DNA of 64,000 nucleotides from a virus, in the IMG/VR virus record IMGVR_UViG_3300029199_000002; one strand, 5' to 3'. A program made the position numbers and the translations under genes. Shown here piece by piece: positions 1 to 6,964 of this stretch. The notes below the pieces were generated by a model, which did not search any database, had not been told where the DNA came from, and saw only the letters and a program-made list of their open reading frames with translations. The first letter of the stretch is position 1; every line of letters starts with the position of its first letter.

Positions 1-61
1 TCTATCAAGGAGGCGCTGCGCGAATGCGTCGACGCCACCATGGCTGCGAAGGAGGGGTGAT

Positions 62-334
62 ATGACCCTGCTACGCGATGAAATCCGCACAGCGCGCAAG
101 GCATACCCTTGCGGCGCCTACTATTGGTTCGACCAGAGCAATTACGGCGAGCGCGATATCGAGCCGGAGGACTGGAAAACGATTGAGGCGGCCCGAGCAG
201 ATGGGTGTCAAATCTTGCCGGGCATGAAGCACATCTATCAGACCAGCGTCGATGGCGATGGCTTTGGCGAGTTCCGGGCTAGGCAAGACATGAGCGCGAT
301 CTGCCGGAAGTACGACCTATATCCAGGCGACTGA
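62..334 (+). CDS. hypothetical early phage protein (90 aa)
   Basis: ATG preceded by GGAGG; codon usage like neighbouring genes; no recognised domain. Confidence 0.7.
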   Translation: MTLLRDEIRTARKAYPCGAYYWFDQSNYGERDIEPEDWKTIEAARADGCQILPGMKHIYQTSVDGDGFGEFRARQDMSAICRKYDLYPGD

Positions 335-421
335 CCACCTGATGCTGAGCCAGGGTGTCACGCCCCACCCAGTGCGGGGTGGTCCCACCCGCAACACCCT
401 AGAACATAAGGAAAAAGAACA

Positions 422-649
422 ATGAAAATCACAGTAGAGCAGACCCCCGCTGGCCTCGCCTACCGCTGTGACGGCCACCTCATCACATGGCGGGAAGTCA
501 GGGACGCCACTGGCCTGGACAGAGGCTTGTCCAGGCTTCTCCTAAAGAAGGCGGCGCAGTCAGGAGAAGACGTCGCCGATCTTCTGGAGTGGAGAGACCG
601 AAACGTAGTGATCTGGAAGCTGGAAAAAGCACTCTGCCACTCTGCGTAG
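422..649 (+). CDS. hypothetical early phage protein (75 aa)
   Basis: ATG after AAGGA RBS. Confidence 0.65.
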   Translation: MKITVEQTPAGLAYRCDGHLITWREVRDATGLDRGLSRLLLKKAAQSGEDVADLLEWRDRNVVIWKLEKALCHSA

Positions 650-654
650 CAAAC

Positions 655-666
655 CTGTATTTACAG
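655..666. promoter_or_regulatory. copy of phage-wide palindromic motif CTGTATTTACAG, possibly overlapping a -35 (TTTACA ... TAATAA)
   Basis: exact match to motif repeated at many intergenic sites. Confidence 0.7.
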
Positions 667-715
667 ATTCCTGTATTGCGGTAATAATAGGACTAGTTAC
701 GTCAAGGTGAGACAG

Positions 716-916
716 ATGAAGACAGACTACGAACCAGTGAGAGTGGTGATGGATGCCTTGGACCGCATCCCTCTCACAGATGAGGACCGGCACATCCAAG
801 CCAGTCTGGAGTTCGAACTCCCACACGCCCTCGGCTGCGGATCACCGCAGCTGCTGGCCATGAAAATTGCCCACGATCTCCGCAGACTCGAGATCATGCT
901 CAGAGGTACTAAGTAA
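716..916 (+). CDS. hypothetical protein (66 aa)
   Basis: ATG at 716 after AAGGTGAG; stop overlaps xis start (TAATG). Confidence 0.6.
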   Translation: MKTDYEPVRVVMDALDRIPLTDEDRHIQASLEFELPHALGCGSPQLLAMKIAHDLRRLEIMLRGTK

Positions 917-1119
917 TGCAGCATCGAGAATTTGCCCAGAAGTTCGTGACCACATCGGAGTTGTGCGATCGCTACCGAGTCAGCTCCCGCACCCTGGTCC
1001 GCTGGAGGTCTGTGAAGGGATTTCCAGAGCCGGCCATGCACAACGTAGGCGCCGAAAACCTCTACTTGATGGAGGAAGTGGAGACCTGGGAAGAAGGCAA
1101 AATCAGGAAGAAGGCGTGA
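916..1119 (+). CDS. xis: excisionase / recombination directionality factor (AlpA/TorI/MerR-like winged helix)
   Basis: TTSELCDRYRVSSRTLVRWR..GFPEP pattern typical of Xis; near integrase. Confidence 0.8.
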   Translation: MQHREFAQKFVTTSELCDRYRVSSRTLVRWRSVKGFPEPAMHNVGAENLYLMEEVETWEEGKIRKKA

Positions 1120-1157
1120 TATCTTCACGAGCAATAATGACTGAAGGAGCTACCGAT

Positions 1158-1517
1158 ATGGGCAAACATACACTCTACGAACTGGCTACTGATTTCGAAC
1201 TGTTCCAAGAGTTTGCAGATCCCAACAACACATGGGCTGAAGAACTATTCGACTCTACCCCTGTTTCCGAGAAGCTGCGCCATCTGATCTTCACCTTCGG
1301 AGTGGATGAAGAGGGTCGTAACGAACTGGCTGCCAACGTCCGGGATGGCACCTACGTCTGCGAAAACCCGACCTTGCAAGAATGCCGTCAAGATGGGATC
1401 GAAGTGCTGACCGATATGGCGTTCTACGACGCCTTGGCAACCGCAACCGAAACTATCTACGGCAATGTTTCCGACAGCGTTGCCGCGCTTATCCGAGAAG
1501 ACTACGGGATTTACTGA
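1158..1517 (+). CDS. acidic hypothetical protein (119 aa)
   Basis: 3' part of ORF 867..1517; ATG at 1158 follows GAAGGAG; D/E-rich. Confidence 0.65.
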   Translation: MGKHTLYELATDFELFQEFADPNNTWAEELFDSTPVSEKLRHLIFTFGVDEEGRNELAANVRDGTYVCENPTLQECRQDGIEVLTDMAFYDALATATETIYGNVSDSVAALIREDYGIY

Positions 1518-2740
1518 CGCTTCGGCGGCTCAGCCACGATCTCCATCAAGCGATCCCACCACTTCTTATAGGCGGTCGCTTGCTCATCCAGGTAGAGGTG
1601 ACGGTCGTACACTCCTTGCATACCCTTTAGGGAGTGACCGAGCATCATTTCAGCGACAACCACGTCGGTTAGCGAAGAGAAATTGGTCCGCGCTGTCTTC
1701 CGCAGATCGTGCATAGACCAGTGCTTCATCTTCACGCCATAACTGCGCTCCGCTTCGTGCATCACCATCCCAGGAAGGCTGATGACAGTGCCATTAGCCA
1801 TTCTGACCGGCTTCAGGGCGCCGGTCATCAGAAGGCTCTTGGAGCGGGAGATACCCATCAATTCCTGCAGCATAGGGACCACTTCAGGGATTAAAGGCCT
1901 GACGTGATCCCTCTTCACCTTCTTCCTTACCTTGTTTTTCGCGACAGGTATGGTCCAGGTCATGGCCTCGAAGTCTAGATCCTCCAAAGGGTTCACATCT
2001 CTCAGCTCGCCGTTTCGGCAGCCGAAGAACAGACAGAGCCTTATAAAGAGTGTGTTACGCCTCAACGTCGGCGCCGTACCGGCGCAGTGCCAGACCAACC
2101 TAATCTCTTCCTCGGCCAGCGCTCGGCCAGCGTCACCACTGTCCTCTATCTGCAGGTCGTCTCGAGTGTTCAGCAGCGCGAGAGGCTGGGAGTTGATAAG
2201 CCCCCGCTTGTACGCCCACAAGTGAACTTGCTTTGAGGTGTTCAGGATTCTCTCTGCTATAGAGGGGGCCTTCGCTTTGACCCCTCCCAGAACAGCCATC
2301 CACTGCCCTCCTGTGGTCTCGTCTACGGGGAGGTCACCAAGCGTCGGGAAGACGTGGATCTCGAAGGAGCGGAGGTAGGCCTCTGCGTCCTGGTAATTGC
2401 CGAGGGAGTAGCCCTCGTGCCACATCATGTACAGGCTCCGGTTTGTTGGAACACCCGAAGCGTTCGATTTTTCAACCTTGCGTCGAACCCTCGGGTCAAC
2501 ACCCTGCTCAAGCAGCGCCTTCAGCCGAAGGTGCTCGGTGCGGGCCTCCTTTAGAGACATTAAAGGGTAAGTACCTAGGTCGAGCCTGGCAGGCTTTCCA
2601 AGGAACCGGTACCTGTACTGAAAGACAATCCTTCCGCCGGCGGAAACTCGGATACCCAAACCCCCTGCGTCAGCTTTCTCGAGAGTGCTGTCGCGTGGCT
2701 TTTTATGGTTGGCTTTTAACCAAGAATCTGACAGTGCCAT
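1511..2740 (-). CDS. int: tyrosine integrase, P4-like with N-terminal arm-binding domain
   Basis: GLGIRV...FQYRYRF.GK..RLDLGTYPLMSLKEAR arm domain; catalytic R (GCRNGEL), HDLRKT, LGH, Y (GVYD); likely start MALSDSWL at 2740. Confidence 0.95.
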   Translation of the reverse strand: MALSDSWLKANHKKPRDSTLEKADAGGLGIRVSAGGRIVFQYRYRFLGKPARLDLGTYPLMSLKEARTEHLRLKALLEQGVDPRVRRKVEKSNASGVPTNRSLYMMWHEGYSLGNYQDAEAYLRSFEIHVFPTLGDLPVDETTGGQWMAVLGGVKAKAPSIAERILNTSKQVHLWAYKRGLINSQPLALLNTRDDLQIEDSGDAGRALAEEEIRLVWHCAGTAPTLRRNTLFIRLCLFFGCRNGELRDVNPLEDLDFEAMTWTIPVAKNKVRKKVKRDHVRPLIPEVVPMLQELMGISRSKSLLMTGALKPVRMANGTVISLPGMVMHEAERSYGVKMKHWSMHDLRKTARTNFSSLTDVVVAEMMLGHSLKGMQGVYDRHLYLDEQATAYKKWWDRLMEIVAEPPKRQ

Positions 2741-2792
2741 GCCTACTTCCCTTGTGTACATATCCGGAGGGCGATAGTGACACACAAAAAAC

Positions 2793-3064
2793 TATGTACG
2801 CTAGTCTGTACGCACTTGGAATGGCTGGGGTTGTCTGGAAGTGTCCTGGGTAGTCCGAGGCAATATGTCTGTAAGCCTTTATTCATCTAGGGTTGAGCAG
2901 GGTTATTGACCCTGCTTGTCCCGACTTGAAACTGCCTCAGTTGTTGTACAGGTGAATTGCCAATCTCAAGAAGGAACCCAGCGTTTTCGCACTCTTCAGA
3001 GGGATAAGCGAAACGGTAGCCTGGATTATGTACGCTGATATGTACACGTTTGGAAATGTACCCC
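2793..3064. other. putative attP: tandem arm-type direct repeats flanking a ~210-bp core region
   Basis: TATGTACGCT at 2793 and 3027 (identical), variants at 2805, 3039, 3055; non-coding, upstream of int; inverted repeat AGCAGGGT..ACCCTGCT inside. Confidence 0.65.
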
Positions 3065-3215
3065 AACCCACTTCTTAGGAGACCTTGAACATGGTAGCAG
3101 GGCAGAGCCCGCTGAAAATAGCTTATACAACCGTATACCTGTATTTACATAAACACGGGCATGTATTACTGTAATCACAGCCAACAAATCCACAGAAAAA
3201 TAGAAGGTATTAAAA

Positions 3216-3482
3216 TTGTCGCCGTCTGCCGCACTTCTGAGTAGTCTGTCAAGCACTTTTCGCTTGGAACTCGTTTCTCTGATCACCCAGGAGGGGGGGT
3301 TGTGTGTAAACGAAATAGCAGAAAAAAGTGGGACCTCCCAAGCCACTGCATCTCGTCAGCTGATCATCCTGCGAAACGCAGGTGCAATTAAGGTCGAGAA
3401 GCAAAACAACAAGAGGATTTACAGCGTAGACGAACAGGTCGTTAAGCTGGTGGAGGCAGCGAGGAGGATTGCAGAGGGCTAG
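3216..3482 (+). CDS. ArsR/SmtB-family winged-HTH transcriptional regulator
   Basis: RLELVSLI....LCVNEIAEKSGTSQATASRQLIILRNAGAI..EK...RIYS pattern; TTG start. Confidence 0.8.
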   Translation: MSPSAALLSSLSSTFRLELVSLITQEGGLCVNEIAEKSGTSQATASRQLIILRNAGAIKVEKQNNKRIYSVDEQVVKLVEAARRIAEG

Positions 3483-3491
3483 TTCCCAGAT

Positions 3492-3520
3492 TTGACAGCA
3501 GATGAGGTTGCTTGCAGGCT
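3492..3520 (+). promoter_or_regulatory. possible sigma70 promoter TTGACA-17-CAGGCT
   Basis: consensus -35, weak -10, upstream of ORF 3615. Confidence 0.4.
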
Positions 3521-3614
3521 ATCCGGAAAGAAAAACGCCGACCCTAGGGCCGGCGTAAATAAGAAAACCACGTCTTATTTTATCTCCGACCGGCACCAGT
3601 AAGCAAGGAACCTC

Positions 3615-4256
3615 ATGGAACTCTATATGGCAGCGGTCTCCCTTCCTAAACGGGGTCGCTATCTTCCTTTGCACAAACACCACCTCCAAACGCAGATGAC
3701 CTGGACAGCTCGTGACAGGGAAGACTACTTCGCGCTGCTCGAGACTGTAGAGACACTGTATAAAAAAGGCCCTGCCGGCCTGGGCATCCCGAGACCTCTG
3801 TTAGAAGCGCTGTGGGTTGAAGACCTGACGGTCACAGAGGCCACCAACAGGATTCTCCCCTACTTCTTGCAGTGCGACAGCCACAGGCATAACAAGGTGG
3901 CACCTCTGCATGCCAAAAGGGATCGCGTAGAAGTCCTCGGAATGGCAGGGCTGCCTCCGGACCAAAACGGACTGAGATTCGCTGTCATAGGCAAAGGTGT
4001 TGAGCGCCTTGCGCTCTTACCATGGGTTCTAGAAGCCGTGACTAAGGATACGCAGGAGGAGTTCACAGCGGACGACCTAGACACACTGGAAGGACGTTCA
4101 AACCCCTCTCTTGTCCGAATTATCTCACTGGCAGAAAAACCTGTGACGAGCCAAGGCTTTGCCAAGATAGTGGCTGTGCCCGCCGAGGCTATCGTCAACC
4201 TGTCCCGTACACACAAAGGCGAGTTCATTCGAGAAGTACCCAGGGTATGGGCGTGA
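3615..4256 (+). CDS. hypothetical protein (213 aa) in regulatory cluster
   Basis: ATG after AAGGA; no recognised domain. Confidence 0.7.
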   Translation: MELYMAAVSLPKRGRYLPLHKHHLQTQMTWTARDREDYFALLETVETLYKKGPAGLGIPRPLLEALWVEDLTVTEATNRILPYFLQCDSHRHNKVAPLHAKRDRVEVLGMAGLPPDQNGLRFAVIGKGVERLALLPWVLEAVTKDTQEEFTADDLDTLEGRSNPSLVRIISLAEKPVTSQGFAKIVAVPAEAIVNLSRTHKGEFIREVPRVWA

Positions 4257-4313
4257 AAATCCGGGAACTTACGACGCAGTCAACACTCTGTTCAGTGAGT
4301 ACGTATACCTGCA

Positions 4314-4342
4314 TTGACAGGAATACAGTAAACCCCTAGGAT
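4314..4342 (+). promoter_or_regulatory. sigma70 promoter TTGACA-17-TAGGAT with motif variant CTGCATTGACAG (4309-4320) over the -35
   Basis: direct sequence match. Confidence 0.75.
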
Positions 4343-4381
4343 TTAATTACACGTTAATTGACATATATAGGTACACAAAAA

Positions 4382-4597
4382 ATGGCACACGCTGAGGCGC
4401 AAAATCTGACCGTACGGGCAGCGGACCTTCTAAGCCGGCAGGAGAAGAAATTCACTTTGGACATGCCGGAGAGCCTGCACGCCAAGATCAAGGGCATCGC
4501 TGCTGCGCACCGCATGTCTGCAAAAGACGTAGTCCTCGAGGCACTTATGAACTACACCATCCCCAAGTACACAGGAAAAGAGGTATCTGATGAGTAG
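4382..4597 (+). CDS. ribbon-helix-helix DNA-binding protein (Arc/ParG-like)
   Basis: KKFTLDMPESLHAKIKGIAAAHRMSAKDVVLEAL beta-helix-helix pattern. Confidence 0.8.
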   Translation: MAHAEAQNLTVRAADLLSRQEKKFTLDMPESLHAKIKGIAAAHRMSAKDVVLEALMNYTIPKYTGKEVSDE

Positions 4598-4904
4598 AAA
4601 CCTAGTTAGGCTGAGAAAAAAGGCAGCAACGAGGCAGGATATCAGTACACCCGAGTCACGCGACACACTGATAGCGGCATTCCTTGATGAGCTTCAAGCA
4701 GTCGTCTGTAACGACGTCATCGATAACGTCAGTGACGAAGCACTGCACTGCCTGCACATAGACTGGATCAAAGCAATCCTGGCGGGAGAGACGGACGAGG
4801 AAAGGCGCAGCAGGCTGATCAGCGCGGTTATGATCTTCCCCGTGACGAATGAAACCAAACCACCTTCACCTCTAGCAGAGAACGTAGTATCAATCCATGG
4901 CTGA
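4590..4904 (+). CDS. hypothetical protein (104 aa)
   Basis: overlapping start/stop with neighbours in operon. Confidence 0.65.
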   Translation: MSRNLVRLRKKAATRQDISTPESRDTLIAAFLDELQAVVCNDVIDNVSDEALHCLHIDWIKAILAGETDEERRSRLISAVMIFPVTNETKPPSPLAENVVSIHG

Positions 4905-5235
4905 TATAGATGAAAAAGTGGTGCAGTACACGTTAGATTTCAGCCGCAAATGTCAGCTGAATATCGACGAGCACGTCCTGCGCGACAGCATCTATAGCCA
5001 CATGCAAGTGGCTAGGTCAGTGGTAACCGACTCCACCTTGGAGCGGATAGGCCACGTACACCTTTCGGTTATGATAAACACAGCAGCCCGGTACAACTTG
5101 TCACTGGCTGAGGTGATGATGGAAGCTGTGCGCAAGGGTGTTCAACCCGTAGCACCACTGTGTGCTTCCGTAGAAAGTCGGAAGGAAAGCGCAAAGCGGA
5201 TCAGCCGCAAGCCTCTTCTGCGCGTGGTAAAGTAA
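4897..5235 (+). CDS. hypothetical protein (112 aa)
   Basis: operon continuation. Confidence 0.65.
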   Translation: MADIDEKVVQYTLDFSRKCQLNIDEHVLRDSIYSHMQVARSVVTDSTLERIGHVHLSVMINTAARYNLSLAEVMMEAVRKGVQPVAPLCASVESRKESAKRISRKPLLRVVK

Positions 5236-5248
5236 CATTCTTGCCTGA

Positions 5249-5278
5249 TTGACTCCCTCCCCTGCCGCCCGGTAGGAT
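5249..5278 (+). promoter_or_regulatory. sigma70-like promoter TTGACT-18-TAGGAT; motif copy at 5326-5337 downstream
   Basis: direct sequence match upstream of replication operon. Confidence 0.55.
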
Positions 5279-5372
5279 CGCCCTCTTGCGGTAATCTAAT
5301 AACGAGAAAACGTATATCTCCAAACCTGTATTTACAGGTTTACATTATTCCGGGTATACAAAGGAAACCACG

Positions 5373-6680
5373 ATGAAACTAAACTCCGATCAGAAAGCGG
5401 CCGTAGACAGGGCTGTAAAAGGGTTTCTTGAGCAGAACCTCAAGGGACTTACCATCATTGGCGAAGGTGGCACCGGTAAGACTACCTGTGTGATGGCTGC
5501 TGCCGAGCAATGGCTGGCTGCAGGCCTCAAAGTGCTGTTCACGGCGCCCACCAATAAGGCGGTGAAGCAGCTGGAGAAGTCTGCTCGCAACTACGGCCTA
5601 TCGCGGGACAACGTAGCGTTCCAGACGCTTCACAGCGCTCTCGGGCTTGTCCTCCTGCCCTCGGAAGACAGCAAATTCGCGACACGAATGGGTAAGGGTG
5701 TGTTCCCTATCTTCGACATCGTGGTCGTCGACGAGGTATCGATGCTGGGCAAGCGTGCCCTCTTCGATTACCTGCTGCCGGAAGCCAGTTCTCAAGGCGT
5801 CCAGCTGCTGTTCATGGGTGACGACATGCAGCTTCCCCCGGTGAAGGAGGCAACCTCCAGGGCATTCGAGGTGTTCGAGACCGTCCGCCTGACCAAGGTT
5901 GAGCGCCAGGCCGCTGACAGCGAAATCCTCACCGTCAGCGGTCTACTGCGCACTGCGATGAGCGCCGGCCGCCCGTTTACGGCCCCCGCCATTGCTGGCA
6001 ACGGGGTAGAAGTGATCAAGAGCGCCGACTTCATGAAGGAGGTACTGGCAGCCTTCGACGAAGACACCGACCTCGATGAGCAGCGCGTACTGGCCTGGAC
6101 CAACGCAAAGGTGGATGAGGTAAACGCAGCAATCCGCCAGAAGATATACGGAAAAAATGCCCCCCGCTTCATGGAAGGGGAGCGAGTCGTCACCGGAGCG
6201 CCAATTGGTGATGGCGAGAGCATCCTGCTCAGTACCGATGAGGAATGCCTCGTCCACTCCATCCGCGAGTCGAGCATCGACGATGAAGACAGCGGAGAGA
6301 CCTTCCGGACCACCTGCCTCGTTCTCAACCCGATCCACGCTGACATCAAGCAGGTGTTCGCCCATGTCCTCCACGAAAGCGAGGAGAGTCGCTACTGGGA
6401 GCGCCTGAACGACCTGGCCACCAAGGCCAAGAAGAGCCCGAGCGAGTCCCGCCAGTATTGGGCTAGGTACCACAAGTTCAAGGAGCTGTTCTCCACCATC
6501 AAGTATTGCTACTGCATCACCGTCCACCGGTCGCAGGGCAGCACTTATAAAAAAGTGTTCGTCGACGTGGCGAACATCCTCCGCAACAACACCCGCGCCG
6601 AACGTCAGCGACTCCTGTACGTCGCGTTCAGCCGCCCGAGTCGCGAGCTGCTGGTCAACAAAAGCAAATACGTCGCATAG
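5373..6680 (+). CDS. SF1B helicase (RecD2/Dda-like)
   Basis: GEGGTGKT Walker A, APTNKA, DEVSM, GDDMQLPPV, TVHRSQGSTY, LYVAFSRP. Confidence 0.92.
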   Translation: MKLNSDQKAAVDRAVKGFLEQNLKGLTIIGEGGTGKTTCVMAAAEQWLAAGLKVLFTAPTNKAVKQLEKSARNYGLSRDNVAFQTLHSALGLVLLPSEDSKFATRMGKGVFPIFDIVVVDEVSMLGKRALFDYLLPEASSQGVQLLFMGDDMQLPPVKEATSRAFEVFETVRLTKVERQAADSEILTVSGLLRTAMSAGRPFTAPAIAGNGVEVIKSADFMKEVLAAFDEDTDLDEQRVLAWTNAKVDEVNAAIRQKIYGKNAPRFMEGERVVTGAPIGDGESILLSTDEECLVHSIRESSIDDEDSGETFRTTCLVLNPIHADIKQVFAHVLHESEESRYWERLNDLATKAKKSPSESRQYWARYHKFKELFSTIKYCYCITVHRSQGSTYKKVFVDVANILRNNTRAERQRLLYVAFSRPSRELLVNKSKYVA

Positions 6681-6718
6681 CCATCGCGCCTAAGAATTTG
6701 AATTAACCGGAGAGGCCC

Positions 6719-6958
6719 ATGGAAATTCAACGAGTTACAGAGACCCCCGCACCTGTCCAGAGAGTCGATTACGAGGAGCTGGCCAGTCACTACAACGACC
6801 TCGACGTAGACGAGACCCTGAAGATGCCCAGCGTCTACAACACCACGCTGTTCAAGAAAACCTTGGAGCGTAAAGGCCTGGGCGCTGACGACGTCGAGGT
6901 CTACCAACGCAGGGGCAACTGCTACATCACCCGTAAATCCACTGCCACGATGGTGTGA
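6719..6958 (+). CDS. hypothetical protein (79 aa)
   Basis: GGAGG RBS, operon position. Confidence 0.7.
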   Translation: MEIQRVTETPAPVQRVDYEELASHYNDLDVDETLKMPSVYNTTLFKKTLERKGLGADDVEVYQRRGNCYITRKSTATMV

Positions 6959-6964
6959 CCGCCC

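Noticed and set aside
867-1157. N-terminal extension of ORF 867..1517
   Set aside because: Overlaps xis in another frame; a better RBS supports a start at 1158.
2815-3026. attP core matching a tRNA 3' end or dusA
   Set aside because: No tRNA-like or dusA-like sequence recognised; the target remains unassigned.
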